From: Flavobacteriaceae bacterium | GTDB taxonomy: Bacteria > Bacteroidota > Bacteroidia > Flavobacteriales > Flavobacteriaceae | DNA: 64,000 bases | Assembly (NCBI GenBank): GCA_041392205.1 | Contig: JAWKMO010000002.1 | Coordinates: 273,641 to 337,640, forward strand | Reading direction: 5' to 3' | In this document: one piece after another, positions 29,707-37,758 of the stretch | Position numbering within the stretch: position 1 is the first letter of the stretch | Layout: the number at the start of each line of letters is the position of its first letter | Program-made: the position numbers and the translations under genes | The notes under the pieces: generated by a model | What the model was told of the DNA's origin: nothing | Database searches by the model: none | What the model saw: only the letters and a program-made list of their open reading frames with translations

Positions 29707-29751
29707 ATGCCTTATCAAAGACATCCACAATTCCGTATCGGTTTTCAGAAA

Positions 29752-30327
29752 ATGAATAATGAATTTAAAAAACCGAAAATGGACACAAATACATATAACA
29801 TTTATTTGTTCAAAGCCTTGGATGCTTATCCGTTTAATCTTGAAGAAACGATAGAGTCTTTAAATTATGCGTTGTCCTATCATCCAAAAGATGCAGAAGC
29901 ATTGCTTTTAATGGCAAAAGTCTATGCCTACCAAATAAAGGATTACGAAACGGCCAAGCATTATTTTGAAGAAGTAATGATTCAAAAAATGGAGATGCCC
30001 AAGTTGTACCCAGAGTATATATTCGTTTTAATTAATAATGAAGACTATACTGAAGCACAGCGCCTTTTAGAATATGCTTTAAAAATAAAGGCAACAGATA
30101 AAGCGGTGTTGCAATTATTACAGGGGCAATTGTTTGAAGCCAAGCAAGAATTGAAAAATTCATTGGACGCCTTCAAAAAAGCTAAAAGGCTAGGCAGAAA
30201 TTGCAATTTTATTGAGTTTACTGAAAAAGAAATAAGCCGAGTAAAATCAAAATTGCCAAAGAACAAAAAAAAGAAGTCTCATAAATCTAAAAGAAAGGAG
30301 AAGAAGACAAGTCTCTCCAAAAAGTAA
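29752..30327 (+). CDS. TPR-like helical protein with Lys-rich C-terminal tail (start moved to MNNEF; the six-frame track's ATG at 29707 directly abuts terminator T-run)
   Basis: Helical repeat composition; C-terminus LPKNKKKKSHKSKRKEKK. Confidence 0.45.
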   Translation: MNNEFKKPKMDTNTYNIYLFKALDAYPFNLEETIESLNYALSYHPKDAEALLLMAKVYAYQIKDYETAKHYFEEVMIQKMEMPKLYPEYIFVLINNEDYTEAQRLLEYALKIKATDKAVLQLLQGQLFEAKQELKNSLDAFKKAKRLGRNCNFIEFTEKEISRVKSKLPKNKKKKSHKSKRKEKKTSLSKK

Positions 30328-30367
30328 TTGGAGGAGCTTTTTACGGGGTGTGAAAACACCCCTACAA

Positions 30368-30440
30368 AGTACCGTAGTTCAAAGGCTAGAGCGCCCCACT
30401 GTCTATGGGGAAGGTATGGGTTCGAGTCCCATCGGTACTG
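30368..30440 (+). tRNA. tRNA-Asp (anticodon GTC), AT-rich, non-canonical (A1-U72, U37)
   Basis: Hand-folded 73-nt cloverleaf: acceptor AGTACCG/CGGTACT, D GTTC/GAGC, anticodon stem CCCCA/TGGGG loop CTGTCTA, T-arm ATGGG-TTCGAGT-CCCAT, discriminator G. Confidence 0.55.
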
Positions 30441-30489
30441 CGAAGCAGGAGTGAGGGGCGAGAAGTTTATCCTGAGCGAAGTCGAAGGG

Positions 30490-30506
30490 AGTCCCATCGG
30501 TACTGC
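30490..30506 (+). repeat. Direct repeat of tRNA-Asp 3' end (agtcccatcggtactgc, identical to 30425-30441)
   Basis: 17/17 identity seen directly; not embedded in a foldable tRNA. Confidence 0.6.
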
Positions 30507-30510
30507 ATAT

Positions 30511-30583
30511 TGAGGTATGGCGCAGGGGATAGCGCAACGTGCTTTTAACACGGATGTCCTAGGTTCGAATCCTAGTGCCTCAA
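30511..30583 (+). tRNA. tRNA-Lys (anticodon TTT), AT-rich, U1-A72, 27:43 mismatch
   Basis: Hand-folded: acceptor TGAGGTA/TGCCTCA, D GCGC-AGGGGATA-GCGC, anticodon loop CTTTTAA, T-arm CTAGG-TTCGAAT-CCTAG, discriminator A. Confidence 0.55.
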
Positions 30584-30688
30584 CAAACTTGTCGTGTAAG
30601 GGTAGCATACGAGTCTTTAACCCTTCGAGTCCGCTTAGGGCAGGCAGTCTCGGGGCGAAGGTTTAAATCCTGCCAAGTTTACAAAATT
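30584..30688 (+). other. tRNA-like structured element / degenerate tRNA (nested stems AAACTT/AAGTTT, AAGGGT/ACCCTT, GGCAGG/CCTGCC; contains TTCGAGTCC T-loop-like motif)
   Basis: Three-way-junction fold seen by hand; does not fit a canonical cloverleaf. Confidence 0.3.
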
Positions 30689-30761
30689 GGAATAGTAGCA
30701 AAGAAGGTCTATGCATCAGACTGAAAATCTGAAGATACAGGTTCAATTCCTGTCTATTCCA
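30689..30761 (+). tRNA. tRNA-Phe (anticodon GAA), AT-rich
   Basis: Hand-folded: acceptor GGAATAG/CTATTCC, anticodon stem TCAGA/TCTGA loop CTGAAAA, T-arm ACAGG-TTCAATT-CCTGT, discriminator A. Confidence 0.6.
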
Positions 30762-30887
30762 CACTAAGCAGGTCTTGTTGTGTGTTTCGGTATAACACCA
30801 TTGTATGTGCTACTGCAAAATGTATAGTAAGTACATATTCAGCTTGACTTGGAGGTTTCGGTCATTCACCAAAGTAACGACCACAAC

Positions 30888-30960
30888 CTTGTAGGACGTG
30901 GGTTCGAATCCCACACTCAAACCCTTTTTTGAGTTAGTTCAGTATGGTTAGAACAACAAG
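30888..30960 (+). pseudogene. Permuted/split tRNA. A perfect tRNA 3' half (30888-30922: anticodon stem 3' strand CTTGT, variable AGGAC, T-arm GTGGG-TTCGAAT-CCCAC, acceptor ACTCAAA, discriminator C) lies 5 nt upstream of a perfect complementary tRNA 5' half (30928-30960: acceptor TTTGAGT, TA, D-arm GTTC-AGTATGGTTA-GAAC, A, anticodon stem 5' strand ACAAG)
   Basis: Acceptor (7/7) and anticodon stems (5/5) of the two halves are mutually complementary but in 3'-then-5' order. Confidence 0.45.
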
Positions 30961-31070
30961 CATGTTTACGTAGGTTCGAATCCTACTCTTGTTGCATAAA
31001 CAAGATGGCAGAGTGGTAACGCAGCAGATTTAGGTTCTGTTAAACAGAAAGGATTTAAAAAATCCCCAAA
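30961..31070 (+). other. Further tRNA-derived fragments (T-arm-like TAGG-TTCGAAT-CCTA; anticodon-arm-like AGCAGA-TTTAGGT-TCTGTT; terminal hairpin GGATTTAAAAAATCC)
   Basis: Motifs seen directly; no complete cloverleaf. Confidence 0.3.
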
Positions 31071-31448
31071 AAAAGAAAGTCAACTTTTAAAAATAGGCTT
31101 CAGTAGGTCACACTGAAAAATAAGAGACAAAAATGGTAACAGGAGTATCGGTTTTGGTTCTTCGGAAGTAAAACAAATCCTGAACGTACTTTGAAAAACG
31201 ATCAATTGGTAGTTAAAGAAATTAGCTTTTTAACTGTGATAAAAATTGCAAAGAATTCAATTTGCTGAATCTCTTTCCAGTTTGCCTTCCTTTTAAAAAC
31301 CTTTTTCAGAAGCTTAAAATTCATAGTTTTTCCGTAAGGAATGGATGATATTCCGTTACCCTTTTTAGGAATTAATAAGATATGACAATGCCACCGTTAC
31401 AGGTAAGGTCTGTTTAAATAATGTGTAATTTTTAAAACTCAAAAAAAG

Positions 31449-32552
31449 ATGAAAAGAGTTAGAATTAATGCCGGATACGCAGGATTGGTTTTCAAAAATG
31501 GAAACTATATACGTGTATTGACCGAGGGAGCCTCCTGGTTAAATTGGGGAGAAAGTGTTTTAAAATACAACCTTTCAACAGCATTTATTACAGCACCCGT
31601 AGCCTTCGAAATTTTGCAAGCCGATGAAAAATTGGCATCTATGTGGCATATTGTTGAAGTTTTGGACAATGAGTTGGTGATTGTATTTAAAAACAAAAAA
31701 TTCTCTCAAGTGCTTACAGCCGGAAGGTATATTTTCTGGAAAGGATTGGTAGAGTACAGCTTTACTCAAGTAGATCTTAACAAAATCTACATTACAGAAA
31801 AAATCGACAAATCGTTGTTCGCTAAAGCCGAATTGAACAAATACATTCGCGTATTTGAGGTTGCCACTTATGAAAAAGCAGTCTTTTTAGTAGACGATGT
31901 TTACGCAAAGACTTTGAGTGGCGGAACCTACAGATTCTGGAAAAATGAGACAACTATTAAAATTGCGAAAGTAGATATGAGGCAGTTGCAATTGGAAGTT
32001 GCCGGACAAGAATTGTTAACCAAAGATAAGGCAAACATTAGGATCAATTTTTACGCACAGTACAAAGTTGTTAATGTTGAAAAAGCCTTATTGGAAAACA
32101 AAGACTTCGAAAAGCAATTGTATGTTGCCATGCAGTTAGCCTTGAGGGCTTACGTGGGGACTTTCACTTTGGATGAACTCTTAGAAAACAAAGAGCAAAT
32201 TGCGAAGTCTGTTTTTGAAGACACAAAAGCAGCCGCAGCCCAATTGGGAGTTTTGGTTTTGAATTGCGGTATAAGGGATGTTATTTTAACTGGGGAAATG
32301 AAAGACATCATGAACCAGGTTTTGATTGCCCAAAAGAAAGCGCAAGCCAATGTCATTACCCGTAGGGAAGAAACAGCTTCTACCAGAAGCTTGTTGAACA
32401 CTGCAAAATTAATGGAAGATAACGAAATGCTTTACAAGTTGAAGGAGATGGAATATGTAGAAAAAATCGCCGAAAAAATTGGTGAAATTACCGTAAATGG
32501 TAACGGCGGAATGGTAAAGCAGTTAAAGGAAATATTTGCCCCCGGCAAATAA
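31449..32552 (+). CDS. SPFH/band-7 (slipin/flotillin-like) domain protein with ~190-aa N-terminal extension and no obvious N-terminal TM
   Basis: 367 aa; C-terminal half shows SPFH-like coiled-coil region …IAQKKAQANVITRREETAS…. Confidence 0.6.
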   Translation: MKRVRINAGYAGLVFKNGNYIRVLTEGASWLNWGESVLKYNLSTAFITAPVAFEILQADEKLASMWHIVEVLDNELVIVFKNKKFSQVLTAGRYIFWKGLVEYSFTQVDLNKIYITEKIDKSLFAKAELNKYIRVFEVATYEKAVFLVDDVYAKTLSGGTYRFWKNETTIKIAKVDMRQLQLEVAGQELLTKDKANIRINFYAQYKVVNVEKALLENKDFEKQLYVAMQLALRAYVGTFTLDELLENKEQIAKSVFEDTKAAAAQLGVLVLNCGIRDVILTGEMKDIMNQVLIAQKKAQANVITRREETASTRSLLNTAKLMEDNEMLYKLKEMEYVEKIAEKIGEITVNGNGGMVKQLKEIFAPGK

Positions 32553-32562
32553 CCTAAAATGA

Positions 32563-32592
32563 ATCAGGGCGATACAAGCCCTGATTTTTTTT
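32563..32592 (+). terminator. Rho-independent terminator after SPFH gene
   Basis: atcagggc-gatacaa-gccctgat + tttttttt. Confidence 0.8.
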
Positions 32593-32668
32593 GTGAAGGA
32601 ATTTTTAAAAAGTACGTCAATCCATTTCATATTACTACCTTTGCACCCCAAGTTTAAGAGATAAGTCT

Positions 32669-33937
32669 ATGACAATCAGTGGAAAAATAGAGTTAATGGC
32701 TCCTGCCGGGAATTTTGAATCCCTTCAAGCAGCTATTGATAATGGAGCAGATTCAGTATATTTTGGAGTGGAACAGCTCAACATGCGTGCTCGGGCAAGT
32801 ATCAACTTTACTATAGAAGATCTTCCGGAAATCGTTAAGCGATGTGAGAAAAAGCATGTGCGTACCTATTTAACACTGAACACCATTATTTACGATCACG
32901 ATTTATCCATCATTAAAACCTTATTAGATGCTGCCAAAGCCGCAAATATCACTGCGGTGATTGCCATGGACCAAGCGGTGATTTCGTATGCCCGCCAGAT
33001 TGGGATGGAAATTCATATTTCAACCCAAATTAATATAACCAATATTGAAACGGTAAAGTTTTATGCCATGTTTGCCGATACCATGGTGATGAGCCGTGAG
33101 TTAAGCTTACGCCAAGTAAAAATGATTGTAGACCAAATCGAAAAAGAGCAAATTAAAGGACCTTCACGAAATTTAGTGGAGATAGAAATTTTTGGTCATG
33201 GGGCCTTGTGTATGGCAGTTTCTGGGAAATGTTATTTGAGTTTGCACTCTCATAATTCATCTGCAAATCGTGGCGCATGTAAACAAAACTGTAGAAAAAA
33301 ATACACGGTTATTGACCAAGAAAGTGGTTTCGAAATCGAGTTGGATAACGAATATATGATGTCTCCCAAAGACTTGTGTACCTTAGAATTTTTGGATCAA
33401 GTAATTGATACGGGTATAAAGGTGTTAAAAATTGAAGGTCGTGGGCGTGCTCCAGAATATGTGGCCAAAACAATTAAAACCTATCGCGAAGCCATTGATG
33501 CGCACTATGAAGGGACTTTCACTGAAGAAAAAGTAAAAGTTTGGATGACCGAGTTGGAAAAAGTCTATAACCGCGGTTTCTGGAGTGGCTATTATCTGGG
33601 ACAGAAATTAGGGGAATGGAGTGAAGCCAATGGCTCAAAAGCAACCCAAAAGAAAGTATATGTTGGGAAAGGAGAGCATTATTTTCCAAAAACGGGTATT
33701 GGAGAGTTTAAAATTGAAGCCTACGATCTAAAAATTGGCGATACTGTTTTAATCACAGGACCTACTACCGGAGTGGAAGAGTTTGAATTGACCGAAATGA
33801 TGGTTAACGATCAAGACTTAAAGAAAGCGACCAAAGGGGATTCCATTACTATTCCGTTACCTTTTAGAGTACGTCCTTCAGACAAACTGTATAAAATTGT
33901 AAAAACCGAATACGCGGTAGAAACCTCGAAATCTTAA
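32669..33937 (+). CDS. Peptidase U32 family protein (TrhP/RlhA/YegQ-like, putative prephenate-dependent RNA hydroxylase or collagenase-type)
   Basis: 422 aa; U32 family blocks …ELMAPAGNFESLQAAIDNGADSVYFG…; …EIFGHGALCMAVSGKCYLS…; promoter -7 box tacctttg at 32636. Confidence 0.75.
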   Translation: MTISGKIELMAPAGNFESLQAAIDNGADSVYFGVEQLNMRARASINFTIEDLPEIVKRCEKKHVRTYLTLNTIIYDHDLSIIKTLLDAAKAANITAVIAMDQAVISYARQIGMEIHISTQINITNIETVKFYAMFADTMVMSRELSLRQVKMIVDQIEKEQIKGPSRNLVEIEIFGHGALCMAVSGKCYLSLHSHNSSANRGACKQNCRKKYTVIDQESGFEIELDNEYMMSPKDLCTLEFLDQVIDTGIKVLKIEGRGRAPEYVAKTIKTYREAIDAHYEGTFTEEKVKVWMTELEKVYNRGFWSGYYLGQKLGEWSEANGSKATQKKVYVGKGEHYFPKTGIGEFKIEAYDLKIGDTVLITGPTTGVEEFELTEMMVNDQDLKKATKGDSITIPLPFRVRPSDKLYKIVKTEYAVETSKS

Positions 33938-33939
33938 TT

Positions 33940-34170
33940 ATGGTCGTTGTTACCTTACAACGCAACAAATGTATTGGTTGCAATTATTGTGTAGAGTTAG
34001 CACCAGCACAGTTTCAAATGTCCAAAAAAGACGGAAAAAGCGTATTATTGCACGCTTCTGAAAAGAAAGGGTTTTTTACCTTAAAATCACCCGACGATGG
34101 TATTTATGACTCCTGTATGGAAGCTCAAAAGGCTTGTCCTGTAAAGATTATTGTGACGAAGCAGGTTTAA
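33940..34170 (+). CDS. Small 4Fe-4S ferredoxin-like protein, translationally coupled to U32 gene
   Basis: 76 aa; CIGCNYC … C…CP cysteine pattern; start 3 nt after U32 stop. Confidence 0.5.
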   Translation: MVVVTLQRNKCIGCNYCVELAPAQFQMSKKDGKSVLLHASEKKGFFTLKSPDDGIYDSCMEAQKACPVKIIVTKQV

Positions 34171-35591
34171 TCATCATACTTCACGAGGTAGTAAGTTTGA
34201 GCGTTTTTTATATAAAATCCTTTTATAAAATAATTATCTAGTTTAAAAACAGTTTCTGCTGTAACAGATAGATTTTCATTTCCGTGCAATAAATCCAACG
34301 TATTCGTGTCGTTCATTTTGTCAAAAATATTCATAGGCACTTCTCCTTCCACAGTATTAAAGTTGTCATCAAACAAACCTGTAACTCTCACCGACTTTGT
34401 GTAGGTATATTCCCAGTAGCTATTGGTTGTCGGGTTTATTGAAATCGCTATCAAACCTCCAATTAAACCAAAATTTGTGCTTAAATAAAATGCATACCCC
34501 ATCTGCTCAGACACACTCCCCAAGGTAATTTGATACGTATCATTTTCATAAAAAACAGAAAGAGCAATATCCCCTTCCCTTATTTTGCGAAAAAACTGTC
34601 TCGTCTTTTCCAATTCTCGATATTTCTGAAAATCGGCATTTTCAATTACTATTGGAGTGTTAATAAAATTTAAACTCTCATCTTCATGCGTTTCAATTTT
34701 TTTAATAACCTTATCTGAATTTAAATCAACTACTTGAAATTTGAGGTAGTCTGAATCTATACCTATCTGGAATAATTTATCTTTGTTCAAAAAGCTATTT
34801 GTTTGGGTACCAACTTTGGAGCCATCAATTCCTACATTTAATATTCTTTTTGTTTCTATGGTAAAACTTTTTAGACTTACATTAAGAATCTGTGTAAACT
34901 CTTTGTATTTATCTGAAGTTAAATACACAGTTTCACCCTTTTGATAAACTTTAAAATCTTTTGAAGTAGCTTCAAGGGAATTTGGATTTTTTTCGTCAAT
35001 TAAACTAATATCTCTTTTGTCCACTAAGTCAAATAATTTTACACCTCGATCCCGACGATCTAATAAATCGTTTTCATTTAATACTATTTCATGAACTAAA
35101 GGCTTTTCAATATTATTAAATTCATAAATAGTTAACTGGGATTTGAAAAGAGGAACGGTTAAAATGTAAATAGAGTTTTGATAGCTAATAGCCTGTATAA
35201 ACTTTTCTTTCCGTACTTTAAAATCTAATTCTGAAGAGATTCCATCCCCTGTATCAAAATTGAAATGATATACTCCATAACTCCTACCATTAAGGGTATT
35301 AAGTAATAGAGAAATCTTATTTCCATGGATTTGATATCCTAAAATAGATTTAAATTTTGAAGATAGGTCAGGCGCTACAACACTTCCTATTTCATTAAAA
35401 TTTGCGTCGTATAAAACGCCTGTAACTTTATCTCCTTCTTCTAAAAAAATTGCAAAATTTCCGGTGCTATCATCTACAACATTAAAAGACTGTTTTATGG
35501 TTCCAAAATCTCTTTTAATACTAGCTACTTTTTTTTGAGATTGTAAACTTAATATACATCCAAAAAGAAGAAAAAAAAGAAGGTGCTTCAT
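34167..35591 (-). CDS. Hypothetical secreted protein
   Basis: 474 aa; N-terminal signal peptide; no recognisable domain. Confidence 0.4.
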   Translation of the reverse strand: MKHLLFFLLFGCILSLQSQKKVASIKRDFGTIKQSFNVVDDSTGNFAIFLEEGDKVTGVLYDANFNEIGSVVAPDLSSKFKSILGYQIHGNKISLLLNTLNGRSYGVYHFNFDTGDGISSELDFKVRKEKFIQAISYQNSIYILTVPLFKSQLTIYEFNNIEKPLVHEIVLNENDLLDRRDRGVKLFDLVDKRDISLIDEKNPNSLEATSKDFKVYQKGETVYLTSDKYKEFTQILNVSLKSFTIETKRILNVGIDGSKVGTQTNSFLNKDKLFQIGIDSDYLKFQVVDLNSDKVIKKIETHEDESLNFINTPIVIENADFQKYRELEKTRQFFRKIREGDIALSVFYENDTYQITLGSVSEQMGYAFYLSTNFGLIGGLIAISINPTTNSYWEYTYTKSVRVTGLFDDNFNTVEGEVPMNIFDKMNDTNTLDLLHGNENLSVTAETVFKLDNYFIKGFYIKNAQTYYLVKYDD

Positions 35592-35600
35592 TTTAGGAAA

Positions 35601-37676
35601 TTAATTTATAGTAGCACCATTTTGAACCCCGGTGTCATCCGGATTTACAAAAACCAATTTCCCATCGGCGTTTTCGGTCATCAAAATCATTCCTTGACTT
35701 TCTACCCCGCGAAGGGCACGAGGGGCTAAGTTGACCAATACGGTAACTTTTTTGCCCACCACTTCTTCTGGCGAAAAACTTTCAGCAATACCTGAAACAA
35801 TGGTGCGCACATCGATACCCGTATCTACCTTTAGCACCAGTAATTTATTGGCTTTAGGCATTTTCTCTGCTTCAATAATGGTACCTACACGCAAATCCAA
35901 TTTGCTGAAATCATCAAAAGTAATGGTCTCTTTTTGTGGTGTTACTACTTTATTCATGGCTTCGTTTGCTTTTTTACTGGCTTCTAATTTTGCTAATTGC
36001 TGCTCAATTTGTTCGTCTTCAATTTTACTGAAGAGCAATTCACTTTCTCCTAGGGTATGACCCGGTTTTAGTAATTCGGTCTTTTCTGAAACAGCATTCC
36101 ATTTTAATGTCTGTTCGAGCGTAGTCGAGACCTCTAACATTTTCTTCAATTTATTCGATGTAAACGGTAAAAAAGGCTCACTCAATACTGCTAATGCGGT
36201 TGCAATTTGCAATGCTACATACATGACTGTTTGGGTACGTTCTTCATCCGTTTTAATAGTTTTCCAAGGCTCTTCATCTGCCAAATATTTGTTTCCTAAT
36301 CGCGCTACATTCATCAATTCGGCTTGGGCTTCACGAAAGCGGTATTTTTCTATGGCACTGGCAATGACCTCGGGATAGGCCTTTAAAGTGTTTAGTGTTT
36401 CTTCATCAACCTCATTAAAAGTGGCTGCTTCGGGAACAACTCCGTGGTAATATTTATGGGTTAGCACTGTCACCCGATTGATGAAATTTCCAAAAATGGC
36501 CACCAATTCGTTGTTATTTCTGGCTTGGAAATCGGTCCAAGTAAAATCATTATCCTTAGTTTCAGGGGCATTGGCAGTTAACACATAGCGTAGCACATCC
36601 TGTTGGTTGGGGAATTCATCCAAATATTCGTGCAACCACACCGCCCAGTTTTTACTGGTAGATATTTTATTGCCTTCCAGATTTAAAAACTCATTGGCAG
36701 GAACATTGTCCGGAAGAATGTAACTCCCTTCCGCTTTCAGCATACTTGGAAAAATGATACAGTGAAACACAATGTTGTCTTTTCCAATAAAATGCAACAG
36801 TTTCGTATCCTCACTTTTCCAGTAGGGTTCCCAGTCTTTCCCTTCTCTTTCTGCCCATTCTTTGGTGGAAGAAATGTAACCAATAGGGGCATCGAACCAA
36901 ACGTAAAGTACTTTCCCTTCGGCTCCATCAACAGGCACAGGGATTCCCCAATCAAGATCACGAGTTACCGCACGAGGACGTAAACCGTCGTCAATCCAGG
37001 ATTTACATTGTCCATAGACATTGGTTTTCCAATCTTTTTGATGCCCTTTTAAAATCCAGTCCTTTAACCAATTTTCATATTGGTCTAAAGGTAAAAACCA
37101 GTGTTTGGTTTCTTTTAAGATAGGTTTACTTCCGGTAATGGCACTTTTAGGGTTGATAAGATCGGTAGCATTATGCGAGGTGCCGCAACGCTCACATTGA
37201 TCGCCATAACTTTCTTCATTGCCACATTTTGGGCAGGTGCCAATCACAAACCGGTCTGCCAAAAACTGTTGTGCATCTTCATCATATAATTGTTGGGTGA
37301 CTTCTTCCACAAATTTTCTGTCCTCATAGAGCTTTCTGAAAAATTGCGAAGCTGTATCATGATGTACTTTAGCCGAAGTACGTGAATAATTATCGAAAGA
37401 AATTCCGAAGTCTTCAAAAGACTTTTTAATAATGGCATGGTATTTATCCACTACTTGCTGCGGGGTGATACCTTCCTTTTTGGCTTTGATGGTGATAGGA
37501 ACCCCGTGTTCATCGCTTCCGCAAATAAAAGCAACATCGTTATTTTGAAGCCGTTGGAAACGTGCATAAATATCGGCAGGCACATACACCCCTGCCAAAT
37601 GCCCAATGTGGACTGGGCCGTTGGTATACGGAAGTGCAGCGGTAATAGTATATTTTTTGGGATGGTTCATCTTCAT
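35601..37676 (-). CDS. metG: Methionine--tRNA ligase (start at MKMNHP…)
   Basis: HIGH motif [19 protein letters not shown]-class region, zinc knuckle CPKCG…CERCG, C-terminal tRNA-binding (EMAP) domain. Confidence 0.9.
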   Translation of the reverse strand: MKMNHPKKYTITAALPYTNGPVHIGHLAGVYVPADIYARFQRLQNNDVAFICGSDEHGVPITIKAKKEGITPQQVVDKYHAIIKKSFEDFGISFDNYSRTSAKVHHDTASQFFRKLYEDRKFVEEVTQQLYDEDAQQFLADRFVIGTCPKCGNEESYGDQCERCGTSHNATDLINPKSAITGSKPILKETKHWFLPLDQYENWLKDWILKGHQKDWKTNVYGQCKSWIDDGLRPRAVTRDLDWGIPVPVDGAEGKVLYVWFDAPIGYISSTKEWAEREGKDWEPYWKSEDTKLLHFIGKDNIVFHCIIFPSMLKAEGSYILPDNVPANEFLNLEGNKISTSKNWAVWLHEYLDEFPNQQDVLRYVLTANAPETKDNDFTWTDFQARNNNELVAIFGNFINRVTVLTHKYYHGVVPEAATFNEVDEETLNTLKAYPEVIASAIEKYRFREAQAELMNVARLGNKYLADEEPWKTIKTDEERTQTVMYVALQIATALAVLSEPFLPFTSNKLKKMLEVSTTLEQTLKWNAVSEKTELLKPGHTLGESELLFSKIEDEQIEQQLAKLEASKKANEAMNKVVTPQKETITFDDFSKLDLRVGTIIEAEKMPKANKLLVLKVDTGIDVRTIVSGIAESFSPEEVVGKKVTVLVNLAPRALRGVESQGMILMTENADGKLVFVNPDDTGVQNGATIN

Positions 37677-37758
37677 AAATAAGTTGCAAAAATACGTATT
37701 TATAAACAGAAAAAGCATTCCCTAGTAGAGAATGCTATCTGTAAAAAACGAATAGGAT

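Noticed and set aside
30279-30608. 109-aa minus-strand ORF (…LGFEPRTS…) and 61-aa plus-strand ORF 30328..30513 over the tRNA array
   Set aside because: Classic antisense and in-frame read-through of tRNA T-arms (GGTTCGAATCC gives GFEP). They overlap foldable tRNAs and have no start context.
29100-31450. Integrated prophage, ICE or genomic island
   Set aside because: No integrase, recombinase, transposase or phage structural gene anywhere in the window. Only indirect signs (tail-less ssb, tRNA scars). Reported as a possible remnant, not called as a mobile element.
35601-37718. Longer N-terminal extensions for metG, the methyltransferase (to 28527), fbp (to 49892), DUF1501 (to 39465), arsN-arsC (to 56766) and DUF2892 (to 53852)
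   Set aside because: Extended versions overlap the upstream gene or add non-conserved residues before a canonical family N-terminus or signal peptide. Shorter starts were chosen.
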